A stretch of DNA of 64,000 nucleotides from Octopus bimaculoides. Taxonomy: Eukaryota. The translations under genes and the position numbers were made by a program. Within the stretch, counting starts at the first letter, position 1. The number at the start of each line of letters is the position of its first letter. Positions 37,031 to 49,858 of the stretch are shown here, in pieces. The notes below the pieces were generated by a model. That model was not told the origin of the DNA, did no database searches, and saw nothing but the letters and a program-made list of their open reading frames with translations. The stretch spans positions 8,452,413 to 8,516,412 of the forward strand of contig NC_068998.1 of NCBI RefSeq assembly GCF_001194135.2. The letters are read 5' to 3'.

Positions 37031-38564
37031 TAATAGGATGAATGAATATATATATATATACATATATATATATACATATATATATATACATNNNNNNNNN
37101 NNNNNNNNNNNNNNNNNNNNNNNNNNNNNNNNNNNNNNNNNNNNNNNNNNNNNNNNNNNNNNNNNNNNNNNNNNNNNNNNNNNNNNNNNNNTATATATAT
37201 ATATATATATATGCGTGAAGCTCTACATCGGTGTATGTTTATATGTATATATATATGTGTGTGTGTGCGTGTGTTTGTGTGTGTACGCGTGAGTGTATAT
37301 ATAATCTAAATAGATGGATAAAGAAAAAGAGAAGAGAGAGACTCGTGGATATGTACATATGTATGTGAGTATATAAATAGATATTATTCATATATATCCA
37401 TGCATGTATATATTTTATAAACCTCGAACTTGAAGTCACAGTCAATCCTGTACTTGTAAAAGTGTAATGAACATGTACATCACTAAAACTATTGAGAAAT
37501 TACTGAACTTACTGTTAAATAATGTTTATATAACCTGACATAGCAACACACCTTGATAAATGTATGTGTATTTATGCATGCAGGCGCATAGAAATATGTA
37601 CATGTATTCCAAGATATATATATATATATACCTAGACGCGTGTATGTACGTATATGTAAACCGGCATGTGCAAAGCATCGAAATGGTCACGACTGCAACG
37701 CCATTGATCTGACGTCTACTCAATCAAGCCTGACCCGAGGCTAAAAGCAACAACAGTAACAACAACAACAAGAAAGAAAACAACATCAGTAAAGAAAATT
37801 CTAAATTTTGCTTTGAATGAGATATCACTTCTATTGAATATCTTCTTGTTTGTCGGGGTTACCATTTCGTAGAACATCGTTGAATTAAGTTTGATTCCCT
37901 AACATATCTTCTTGACATTCCAATGATACGTTAGAATTATTGAAAGAATTCTCATTGGAAAGTTTAAAGCATCTGCTATAATTGGGAAGTTGATGTTGGT
38001 CAGTAAGGTTGAAAAGCTATGAAGTTGGTCAGGAATACAATTCGTGAAAGAGAACGTTAGTATTAGTTATTTGATTCTTTAAATTGTTGTAGAAATTCCG
38101 ACTGATATCTTCCTGGAGCATTATCTTTAGATTGACACAGAAAGGAAAGAGAAAGTTTCATGTTTGCTAATATATTTCGAATTACGAATCACTAACGCAC
38201 ATCTTGAATAGTATTATCAAAACGGAGTAATTATAAGAATAACATTGATGGGAGAAAGTTTGCAGATAGAAGCCCTTAGAATACGGTATCACAGTAGCTT
38301 GGAGCCATGCGAGTTATTTATTAATCTGAGAGATGTGATATACTAATTATCGACATGTTAATACATATAGGATATGTCAGACATGAGATGGAAAACATAG
38401 GTGTGTGTATGAAATATATAAGAAGCGAAAACTGGTGAGACGTGAACCATAGGATGTGAAACTTTTATAAAATGTGGAACACATATAGCATATGTGAAAT
38501 ATGAGATATAAAGCACATGACATATGAGATATGTAACAGAGATATATAAGCGAAACATATCATA

Positions 38565-38770
38565 TGTTAAAAACATTGGTTTCAAATCGTGGCACAAAGC
38601 CAGCAATTTCGTGGGAAGAGATAAGTCGATAATGCCGACGCCAGTACTCCATTGTCGATATTGAAATGATGAAAAGCAAAAATCAAACTCGCCGGAATTT
38701 GAACTAAGAACGTAAAGACAGATGGAATGCCGCTAAATATTCTGCCCGGCGCGGTAACGCTTCTGTTAGC
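38565..38770 (-). mobile_element. SINE family C, full length
   Basis: GGAATTTGAACTAAGAACGTAAAGACAGATGGAATGCCGCTAAATATT is the reverse complement of the family C head. Confidence 0.87.
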
Positions 38771-38997
38771 TCATGAAATACATATCACGAACATAGGACC
38801 ATACATAAGGTCCAAGGTTCGTGTGTGTGTGTGTGTGTGTAGGTATATGTGGGTGTACGTCTCACTATATAGATATGTGCTTATGTATATGTGTGTCAGT
38901 GTATGTATGTATGTATGTGTGGGTGTTGGTGTTTGTATATGTGTATGCCTGTAATCAAACACTCCTTATTTAAGCAAAAAATAAACTTTAGATTATC

Positions 38998-39042
38998 AGT
39001 TTGAAGACCGCTTTCAAGCGAGAAACTCCCATCAGAGTCACC
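38998..39042 (+). ncRNA. Hammerhead-ribozyme-like motif 1 (type I topology, degenerate)
   Basis: TTGAAGA, C-CGCT(TTCA)AGCG-A, GAAA, stem III ACTC(CCATCA)GAGT, then GTC|ACC. C3 is replaced by T, the stem II closing pair is mismatched, and stem I is only 2 bp. Confidence 0.45.
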
Positions 39043-39150
39043 TTTTATAAATATCTGAAGATTAAAGTGTAAAAATTATCAGAAAAGCTATCTCTATTCA
39101 CTTTTTCATACATATAATACTGTACCAAGGACTTTCTATTTCTTATTTCA

Positions 39151-39188
<38 letters not shown>

Positions 39189-40130
39189 TTACAATATACA
39201 GAAAGCGGTTATGATAGTCAATGCTTTCTAGAAAACATACGCGTTTCAAGAAAATGCCAAAATATATACGTAACGATTGTAGATCCGTCATCTAATTTTG
39301 TACTCACTTCATCGGTGTTGCTCAATAAATATTTACTTATTCTGGAACATTCATGTAGCGTAGTACATGATTGCCTCAAGCTTCTAGAATTGTTATGTAA
39401 ATATTACGGCATTTTGCCGAGACGAGTGTATGTTCTATAAAGATTTGAATATCATAAATATTTTCTCTGTATTATTATTATTACTATTAAGATCATATTC
39501 CGCACGCTAGTCTATCTCGAAATTGATACCAGCATCATACAGCACTGGAAACTGCAGTTAAGTATGAAACTCACTAATAAGACCGATCTTCGGTTACATG
39601 CGCTTTATAATGCCGTTTTCTGATAACGAAGCAGGAATCTGGTAATTTTGTGGTATTATTTATTCACCATTACACGAGTTTCATTTGCTAATATGAAACA
39701 CAAAGTTTTATATGTTAGATAGACATGTAAAGAATTTCTTATTCCAAATTCTTCAGACAGAGAAGAAGCGTTTATATTAGACAACGCATTATCGAAATGT
39801 AAGAGTTTTATTATTTACTTTTTCTGTCTGAGAAACTTCTAATAGGAAATTCATTATATGTCTATGTAATATTTAAGACGTTGGAATTCGTATTTGCAAA
39901 TGAAACACATGTAACTGTAAATAAATAATACAAAAAAAATTAAAATTCCAATTTCCTCTTTTCTTAAATTACGCTGCAAATAATATTTCCATAAATCTCA
40001 ACTTAATATGAATTTCGGACTAGCATACAGCAGCAATTGACACTCCATATTGGATTGTAGTAATGGAATAAGCAGATGTGATTCAAGTACAAAGAGTAAG
40101 GATTTACCCTACCTACCTACAATGTATATA

Positions 40131-40630
40131 TACACAGATATGCAGGAAGTAAATAGGCACCTTTAATTTTCAAAATTTCTGATCTAAGCGTCTTAATATG
40201 TTTTCAGCGGTGTAGAATTTACAATGTAATTATCCTTTTCCATTCCAGGTACCATTATATTAAACATTTGCGAAGAGTAACCATGCCACGCGCAAAAAAT
40301 TCAAGCAGAACTGTCTGATTTTCAAAGAGGTCGTATTGTTGGGCAGTCTGAGGCTGGTCTTAGCCAGCAAAAAATTGCCGAAAATATTCAAATTCCTCTT
40401 GCTACTGTTAATAGAATTATTGTGCAATTCAAAAGCCAAAGAAAAGAATCAACAAATTCTCGTTCCAGCCGACCTGGGCCGTCGTAAAGGAAGCTTCGCT
40501 GTTTGAAGAGAATTGTGGAAAAACGGACCCCGTTCGAAGGCTTCTAACATTGCGAAACAGCTAGAAGTTAGTCCGAGAACGTGTGTTACATATCTGCATA
40601 AGCTTGGGTATTATGGACGAGCAGCATCTA
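40131..40630 (+). mobile_element. 5' half of a Tc1-type transposon with a transposase pseudogene fragment
   Basis: Probable TIR TA|CACAGATATGCAGGAAGTAAATAGGCACC; ATG at 40283. Translation: [39 protein letters not shown]...SRPGP...LHKLGYYGRAA (paired-like HTH). Confidence 0.88.
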
Positions 40631-40680
40631 TTTGGAAGGCGTCTATTTATTTCCTGCATGTCTATTTATATTATATGTGC

Positions 40681-40723
<43 letters not shown>

Positions 40724-40754
40724 TTCTCTCACAAAGTATTTCTAACTTGGGGTT

Positions 40755-40830
40755 ATAATGGAAGACACTTGCCCAAGATTCCTCGTAGTTGGACTGAATC
40801 CAAAGTCGCGTGGTTGAAAAGGGCCTTCTC
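40755..40830 (-). mobile_element. SINE family B head fragment
   Basis: GAAGACACTTGCCCAAG...GGACTGAATCC. Confidence 0.7.
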
Positions 40831-41325
40831 ACCTACGTAAGTTTGTGAATCTTTGAGACGTTACAGTGTCAGTAAATAACACAATTAGGAAGATCAACAA
40901 CTGTTGAAAGAAAGGTGTTAGCTGATGAGTTTTGCCAGGCAGGAAATTTGTTAATTGAAATTTCCTTCATCAGCACAGAGAGTATCGATTTATTTCGGGA
41001 TTGATTTTGGACATGATAAATAGATTATGGTAATTTGTTGAAGAATTTCATGTATGTGATATGCATTAAGAAAGGAAACTGATCTGGATACCTGTTATTT
41101 GGCATCTCTGATGCAAATTAGCGACTCAGATGGCTCTTAGCTGCTGCAATATTGTGACCTCAGGGCTTCTAACCTGAAACATATTCTCTCAATAATATTA
41201 CTTCTGGAATTATTCAAAGTGATGATATTGTTCAGACAACCATTGTTTTGTTGTATTGTGTCTAATAATTAAAAGTGATCAATACCAAATACCAACCATC
41301 CAAAATATACTCGACAGAAATAAGA

Positions 41326-41538
41326 TAGGATAGGATGCTGAAAAGTTCCTGCTTTTAAGGGTATCACGAAGGCCTGGTTGAAGGCCCATGCTTCCGAGTT
41401 CTTTTACAGAGCTTAGAAAAGCTGAAGGACCGCTGCAAGGAGTGAGTGCATCTGAGATGATGTAGAATAAAATTATAATTAATTGATCGTCCTGTATTTT
41501 CCTTTAGCCAAAGCCAGGGCTTTCCAGCACCGCTTGTA
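41326..41538 (+). mobile_element. Internally deleted mariner derivative (MITE, about 213 bp)
   Basis: TIRs GATGCTGAAAAGTTCCTGCTTT and AAAGCCAGGGCTTTCCAGCACC with TA ends. The interior retains the mariner C-terminus LEKLKDRCKE*VHLR..VE*. Confidence 0.8.
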
Positions 41539-41784
41539 TATTTACAAATGTCAGCACAAGTACATTAATTAGTAAAATATATATCATAAACAAACGACTA
41601 AGCTTCTATATCGATACTCACACGCAAATTGCTCACTAATCATTTCAACAAAATTTTAGGACGCTTTAAATATCCCTCCTTTAATATTGTGTTCTAAAAT
41701 GGTCAGATACACTTATCTGAAACGAACTTTTTTTCAAATGACTGCTCGAGAATTACTAATCATAACAACAACAATAATTATGGC

Positions 41785-41925
41785 TTCAAATTTTGGCACC
41801 AGACCAGTAATTTCGGTGGGTAGGAGTGAGTCGATTACATTGAGCACATGCACAATTGGTACTTATTTTAACGACCTCGTTTGGGATGAAAGGCAAAGGG
41901 GACATGGCATTTTTTAAAACTCAGA
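41785..41925 (-). mobile_element. SINE family C, degenerate
   Basis: TGGTACTTATTTTAACGACC...GGATGAAAGGCAAAG...AACTCAGAACGTAAAGA. Confidence 0.85.
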
Positions 41926-41929
41926 ACGT

Positions 41930-42300
41930 AAAGATGGTGGTAGTAGTGGTGGCGGTAGTGGTGGTAACAGTGGTGTTAGTGGTGTTCATAGTAGTGATGA
42001 TGATGACGATGATGCCTGGTTATTATTATTATTATTATTATATTATTATCATTGTTATTATTATTATGATTATTATTATTATGGCAGTGCTGGTTGTTCT
42101 AATGATCATGAGGACGATGAGGATGAGAAGGTGGAGGAAGAGAAGAGGAAGGAAGAAGATGACGACGAGTTTGATGACGATGACGATGATAATGATAATT
42201 ATGCCGATCATGATGTTTACGTTAACGACGATGATTACAATGACGATGACGATAGCCGTAGCAGCGAACATAATAACAGCAGCGTCAATGCACACACTTT
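41930..42300. repeat. Trinucleotide patchwork (GGT/GTA/GAT/ATT/GAC)
   Basis: Consecutive short trinucleotide runs starting at the edge of the SINE. Confidence 0.9.
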
Positions 42301-43393
42301 GTTTATTTCGAAAAACAAACAAAACAAAAACAATGAAAGAAAACGAGAAAAAATAAAACAAAAAAAAATTAGTTCTTTACATTTCGAATTCTAAGTATCA
42401 TTCGAAACCTCAAGAAAAAGAAGAAAGAAGAAATGAAAGAGAAAAGAATGAAAAGAAGGTGGTAAGTGGAAAGGAAGTGAAAGAAGAAAAAGAAGAACAT
42501 GAAGGAATCACACAGCTACACATATATAACAATAACCACAACATCACCGTTACTCTCACATTTAATAATAGGCGTACATACCATATACTGAGTATGTATT
42601 TGTTCTTGTAAATATTTGCTGTTTATTTCTCTGCTGCAGCTACAAATATTGTTGTTGGCATTCAAGTCATGCAAATATAAATTCACAACATCTATTCAGT
42701 ACAGTATTTCAATAATTTCTATTATGGCAAATATATGAAACATTTCACGAAAAATTACACCCAATAGTCTGGAAAATGGTTACGTTATTCAATTATTTTG
42801 GATATTTGTAATTCTGTTAGCTCGATATTAATGCAATTATCAGCCAATCAGATTCCTCGAAGAAGGCTGTTATTTCATATTTACGTAATTAAAACGTTAT
42901 GTTACTTCAATTAAATAACTAAACAATAAATAAATACAAGTATGCATTTGATGAAGTATATTGCTAAACCTCAACAAAATAACATCGACGCATACATGCA
43001 CACAAACACACCCTTAGACACGTACATAAATACACACACACACACACAATCATCCATATATATATATGTGTGCGTGTGTGTGTATGTATATGTATATTTA
43101 TATGTTTTGTAAATAGGCTCTTTCAGTAGAATTTCCATAGACATGAATGCAATGCGTCTTTCGTAGTAAAATTTTGATATTCTGTATTTTCTATAGAACC
43201 TCGTGGTAGTAGTAGTGGTGACTGATTGATTGATTGTAAATAAACAAAATCAGACTGTTCATTTATGACGCAAAACTTTAAACAGACATTTTTCTGAATT
43301 TAAGAATCTCAACAAATTCACCTTTGTCTTCTAAATTTCTCACATCGATATAGCTATCGATAATATTTGTATTCCTGTGGGTGTACGTGTGTA

Positions 43394-43452
<59 letters not shown>

Positions 43453-43954
43453 GGACACATGTATGTATTTGCATGTATGTATGCATTATGTATGTTTGTA
43501 TGTTGGTGGGTCGGTAGGTAGGTAGGTAGGTAAGTATTATGCATTCTTAAAATGTATATTTCTTTCAAGACGTTTTGCAATCATTGTGTACAAACAAATA
43601 ACTGTTCATTTGAGTGTTGAACAGTATATTTTGCGGAAGTTCTTCCGACACTCACTACTTTGATTTCCATTTCCGGCATGTTCATCTTTGACATCTATAA
43701 TTTTCGATGTCCATCGTGTTCGATTTGTATTTGAGTTATTTGCTGTTTTTTTTTTTTTTTAAGCTGCTCGTACCAGATCTATCACTTTCTCATCCACTAG
43801 CTCTACGAAAAAACGAAATGTATCTGGACAGTATAATATACAAACTCCATACGATATTTTGAGAAGCATACGCACAGGATAATTCATCTTACTACAGCGC
43901 AAAATTACTATATTCGCCTACAGTAGTATCATTACAAACCATTCGGGGACCGCC

Positions 43955-44160
43955 AAGCAAAATTGCTAGCAAAATCGGAAAACATGTTTGGCCGGAATTT
44001 CTTAGATCTTCACGTTTTGAGTTCACATGCCGTGGAGGTCAAATTTGACTGTTATCCTTTCGGGGTCGAATGAATATGTACAAGGTGAACATCCGAATTG
44101 ATAAAACCACTAACCCTTCGCGAACAGCATTTCACAAATTGTGCCGTATTTTAGTATATT
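43955..44160 (+). mobile_element. SINE family C, degenerate
   Basis: TTTTGAGTTCACATGCCGTGGAGGTCAAATTTGACTGTTATCCTTTCGGGGTCGA. Confidence 0.8.
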
Positions 44161-44689
44161 AATATGACAACCAGCTTGGAGAAGTGATACGAGGTTAAAA
44201 AATATTTGTGAGTCGCAACCATATTTCCTTCATTTCAGACAAATTTCGAAAAAAGGGTTAGATAAGATTATGTTGACCAATACTCTCACATACCCTATGC
44301 TTTAAAGAAGAAAGGGTTGATCACGATCGCAATAGCTTTGGCCATAGCAATACCTTTAGCTAAGACAATTAGGGCTAATCTTGGCTAAATATTATCAACA
44401 ACTTAATATGATGTGAAAACCATTAGCTGTGCCCATGCAGCCTGATAGATTATTAAACCTATCAATATTATTGATTCTAAATCACGCGAAAGGTGTGGGG
44501 GTATTTTTATTGCTTATAATTGTGAACAATCGAATCCTTGGATATCGTTGATTGATTGGATATAGATTTCCATTGGTCCTGTCAGCAGTTTGGGTATAGA
44601 TCAGTTGCTGGTTTATAGCAGTGAGTTAATATTCACTTTCATGTAACACGGTTTTAATATTAATATGTTGTGTTCAGTGCGGTAGATGA

Positions 44690-45220
44690 CAGATACGGTA
44701 AAATACCTTAAGGTATTTCGTTAAGGCCCCATTTTCGTTCTAAGTTCAAATACCACGGAGATTAACCAACTTTGCCTTTCATCCGTCCGAAGATCTATAA
44801 CGCAAAGTACCAATCACGTAATTGAATGAACATTATCGATTATACTTCTCTTTCAAAACGTGTGACCTTATGGCCACCTTAGGAATCAATATTATTATTG
44901 TTATCTGTTTTAGGGCAGTGCATTGGCAGTCGTTCAAACTCCCTTATGGTAATTCGTTTCATTCATAGATGTTCTCTGACCAAATAACTTCCGGGTAAAT
45001 TTTGCTTTTCATCTTTGTAGGGTCGATAAAATAACTACTATTTAATTATTAGTCTTAATATAAATGGTTATTGACTTCCCTCAGTCATGAAATATTTTGA
45101 TGGAATTAGAAACTAAGGCGAAGAGAAGTTTGCTTCACAGGCAAGCACAAAACAAAGTACCACTAAATAACTGCGGTCGAAACTCCGACCGTTCCTTTCT
45201 TTCAAATTTGACCTTGTGTC
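44690..45220 (+). mobile_element. Two degenerate SINE C copies plus a tail fragment in tandem
   Basis: AAGTTCAAATACC...TTTGCCTTTCATCC at about 44742; TTTGCTTTTCATCTTTGTAGGGTCGATAAA at about 45001; tail-like piece at about 45150. Confidence 0.7.
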
Positions 45221-45233
45221 TGTGTATATAGAC

Positions 45234-45286
<53 letters not shown>

Positions 45287-45667
45287 CATTTGAATACGTG
45301 CACACAAATACAGAGAAACATTCACACACGCACATATATATAAGCATACATACATATATATATATATATATATACGTACATATATGCATACATATATGTA
45401 TATATAAACATATATATATTAATATATAGACACATGTACATACATATATATATATGTTTGTATGTATGTGTATCTATATATGTGTACTTATTATATATAT
45501 ATACACAAGCAAGTGCATGGACAAACGAAAGAAAAGAGCTCTGGACAGTACATGTATCATTTAAAACAGATCGATTCGGTTTCAGTGCTACTTGAAGTTT
45601 CGCAGAGCCCTAACGGAGACAGACTCATTCGGGCTTCTGTTTTGCTGTTATTCCGGAAGGCTGAATA

Positions 45668-45700
<33 letters not shown>

Positions 45701-45900
45701 AATATATANNNNNNNNNNNNNNNNNNNNNNNNNNNNNNNNNNNNNNNNNNNNNNNNNNNNNNNNNNNNNNNNNNNNNNNNNNNNNNNNNNNNNNNNNNNN
45801 NNNNNNNNNNNNNNNNNNNNNNNNNNNNNNNNNNNNNNNNNNNNNNNNNNNNNNNNNNNNNNNNNNNNNNNNNNNNNNNNNNNNNNNNNNNNNNNNNNNN

Positions 45901-45943
<43 letters not shown>

Positions 45944-46079
45944 TCTTAATCTCACTCTCTCTGGGTCGATTTCCATTTATGTAATTGACTACTATACGTA
46001 ACTGCCTGGATATTACGCCATTTTAGGAGCAAGGAACTTTTCCATTGCATCAGGCAAGATATTACATTATTATAACACT

Positions 46080-46210
46080 TTGCCGACCTGAAAGTCCTAA
46101 AGTCAAATTCGACCTTGACTGGAATCGAAACTAGAAAATCATGAAGCATAACTAAATGCACCTTGGCCTCTGCGCTCCATTCTACAGATTCTACCAATCC
46201 ACCGACCTTA
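46080..46210 (-). mobile_element. SINE family C head, degenerate
   Basis: Reverse-complement match to the head and B-box region. Confidence 0.65.
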
Positions 46211-46465
46211 GAAATCAATAGAAATATCTATTATTCCTGTGTGTTGCACTTTATAGAACAGATAAAGACACGTGATATTATTATCTATAGCACTTGAGAA
46301 TTCAGACGAAGCCTTAGAAAATGCATTTTTTCCATTAGCGAATATTTCATCTTGTTAAGAAAAATACAATAGGTTCAACGCAAATATATATATATATATA
46401 TATATGGAGAGAGAGAGAGACTGACAGAGAGACAGTCAGAGAGATACATCTATATATGAATATTT

Positions 46466-46548
<83 letters not shown>

Positions 46549-47774
46549 ACTATATATATATATATATTTACATGTAAACGTATATATACTCATATACATA
46601 TATATATATATACCCATATATATCTATACATATATCCACACAGACACACAAAGAAAAACACACACACTGTATATTTAACATGGATAGGCATATGAATACA
46701 GACATGTACACGTATACATACAAACGCATACGTACAGATATGTATATGTGTGGGGGTATGTATGTATGTACACATATATTACAAATGTGTGTTGTATTAT
46801 GTATGTATGTAATATGCTAAATTTATATATGTATATATGTGTGTGTGTGTATACGTACGTACATATATAAATATAAATATGCACACATATGCATATATGC
46901 ATATATATACATATATATATATATATATACGACCGTTCTCCCACACCATTGCTCATCAGTGCATGTGCTTCTATGACTGTATCCACAAAAGAACAGCATC
47001 TCCTTATCTCTTATTATTTCAGCAACAAAAGAAAATACATACAGAAAAAAACAGAAGAGAAAAAGCTAAAGAAACGGCAGACAAAGAAACAGTGTACAGC
47101 TTACTTGAAGTCAGAAGGAAATGTATTAACATTGACTGCGCATGTATTATACCAATCCGTCTATAAAAAACATATCGTTCAGTGCACACACCACTCTGCA
47201 CGTACAATGAGGCGTTATTAAAAACACATGCATTGATGCAAGTTACAGATATAGAAGATAAAGTCTCTGATATTTTATATAATGTGTGAATAGTGATCGA
47301 TTAACTGAGTTACTGCTTGCAATACGAAGGCAAAATTTTCCCTGCAGTGATGTTCAAATTCTGAAATGTTACAGGCTAAGTTGAGAACTCGAAGGGTAAG
47401 GAACCCAACGAAATTGTTGGTAAATTTATAGTCTTTTGTGTTTTTAATATAAAGGAAAAGTTTTCAACTCGTTAATTCTTATCGGTCAGTAATTTTATAA
47501 TCAGTTTGTAAGGCTTATTAACAATATATCGATAAGATTGAAAATTACTTATGTAATATATTGTGTCGGAAACGTCGTTTAACTCATATAATCATAGTTT
47601 TCTGCAAAAGTGTCGTAATTCCAAAACGTTGTTCTTTCAGAAGACGAAAAGACAGTTTCGCCATTCCATAGCAAAACCGTTGTTCTACACTTTAACAACT
47701 TTTGATATCTTGGCATCTGAAGCAGCTAGAGATACAATCGTTTGACCAAAATAACCAGCAATTGCAAGCAAAAA

Positions 47775-47978
47775 TAAATATTCTTTTCTACTCTAGGTAC
47801 AAGGCCTGAAATTTGGGGGGGAGGGGGCCAGTCAATTAGATCGACCACAGTACGCAACTGGTACTTAATTTATCGACCCCGAAAGGATGAACGGCAAAGT
47901 CGACCTCGGTAGAATTTGAACTGAGAAGGTAAACAGCATTTTGCCCGACGTGCTAACGTTTCCGCCAGCTCGCCGCCA
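47775..47978 (-). mobile_element. SINE family C, well preserved
   Basis: GGTACTTAATTTATCGACCCCGAAAGGATGAACGGCAAAGTCGACCTCGG...GCTAACGTTTCCGCCAGCTCGCCGCC. Confidence 0.93.
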
Positions 47979-48092
47979 GCACAATTATATATTGTAAAAA
48001 ACGCATCTGGCCAAATTTGGACATACGACAGGTTAATATAATAGCAACAATATATACGAGAGTCTAATATAAACATACGACAGTTTAATATA

Positions 48093-48128
<36 letters not shown>

Positions 48129-49818
48129 GTTCAAATTTACCGAAAACAAAAGACCGTAGGGTATAATTTTGGAAGAGATGCGCCTTCTCTTTCTAACAAA
48201 TTACACAACCATATAATCACAATACTGCTAAGCTGCTAGTAAAAGCGTCTTAACCGCGGCTATCACGTCTCTGAGGGAATAATTATTTTCAAGAACTACA
48301 TGAAAATGGACACACATATTTGGTAACTAGGATCTCATATGAAGGACATTTTTATATTTCTAGCAGATTACGCGACTACATAGAGACTCGATCTTTGGTT
48401 CCTTTTATTATCGTTTCCTAAAATCTATTTAGCCGAGTAAAGAGGCGTATATCTTTGAATTGTAATTTCGATGAAGAACTTATTATATATACAGTTTTCA
48501 AGCCATCACATCAGATATCTGTTCTACTTACTCGGCTTTGTATAAGTAACAATGGTGACTGACATTTATTCAGTAAAGAAGAACATCTTTTTAACTTTAA
48601 AAAATATTATATTAGATGAAATATTATTAATATTATAACCTAGCTTTGATGTTTTCCTATCTTGAATAATCAACAACAACGTAAAAAGACATAACAGGAA
48701 AATATGTTGTCATGAACAAGGAAGTTTACCGATATCAAATAAGGAAGAAGACTTAAGAACGACTTCCTGGAAAAACCAAGTGTTGTTAACCTACCGTTAA
48801 CTGATTGGTATTTCGGCTGTGCATATAAAATAAGAATAATACATACAAACGTCTTTCGTCTCTCCATCTTGCTACCTCATTGTTGTCTGATGACAATTAT
48901 GACATTGATAAATAATGGTACTATGATCTTTTATTATAAATTACTCCTTTCTATTCCTGATTCATCTGCACTGTCTTGTCTTCTAATGGTCTAGTGAATT
49001 TCTCAATAATGTTGCTTCTTTACTATTCATAGCTGTGGCGAACCTTTCAAAAGTCTATTGCTATGTTGAGCTTCAGACCTCCGTCACTAACCTCTCAGTA
49101 ACTTTTCATAAATAATAATTCTTCTACAGTCTTGTTAATATCTCCCACACTTTAATCGATTGATATTTGTCTTTTACTATATGGTTCTTTTATATTTTTT
49201 TCTCTAATCCAACCAACCAACCAACATTTATTTGACACTAATTTCTTCAAATAACTTGTTCAAACATTATTTTCATATTTTTTTTTTATCATGACAACTT
49301 TTTCGTTTAGTTTTCTTTTTCTAAAAAAAGACACAAAATTCGCTTTTATTGAGTAAAATATTTGAGAAACATGGCTTTCTCGATAGGAATGGCTTTCAGC
49401 AACTTCATTTTTGTCATTATTACTGTTGTTGTTGTTGTTATTCTCGTTGTTGTTTCGGGAGTTATATATTGAAAAATATTATGATAAATATTTCACAAAG
49501 TAAAACTATTACAAATATATAATCGTGACATTAAATCGTGTACATAACGAGAATATGACGGGAATAGAATAGGAAACGAGACACTAACAAAATCAAATAA
49601 TTTCAAAAGAAACACAAACGCTGTAGTTTATGAAAATTCGATTGAGTAAGACACGTCATTATGTGCAATATTTATAATTGTGAATATGTTTTGAAGTTTT
49701 CAACCAACATATACACATACACTCACCGGTATTATACATGTATGTATGTATGTATGTATGTACGAACACACGTGTATATATATATATATATACACAGTCT
49801 GTTAAAGTCTGTCATACC

Positions 49819-49858
49819 GGCCATGACGAAGGGAAATAGCCCTGAAACTCGAGTCGCC
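49819..49858 (+). ncRNA. Hammerhead-ribozyme-like motif 2 (minimal, palindromic stem III)
   Basis: GGC C[A]TGACGA, AGGG(AAATAG)CCCT, GAAA, palindrome ACTCGAGT, then GTC|GCC. Stem I is GGC/GCC. There is one extra A in the CUGANGA core. Confidence 0.6.

Noticed and set aside
37850-38150. Possible LINE KAPG.D region on the minus strand (DNAPG.DIS.NFY)
   Set aside because: A single short motif requiring a frameshift; downstream NYRPISL is not convincingly present.
47348-47395. 48-nt segment with good splice sites (similar cases at 32369-32500 and 25930-26018)
   Set aside because: Stop codons in all three phases; such site pairs are expected by chance in AT-rich DNA.
48660-49100. Possible minus-strand RT core (IDF*K ... 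KGV ... PLF ... LYAQ)
   Set aside because: Motif order is right, but every motif is degenerate and the first spacing is short; not supportable without an HMM search.
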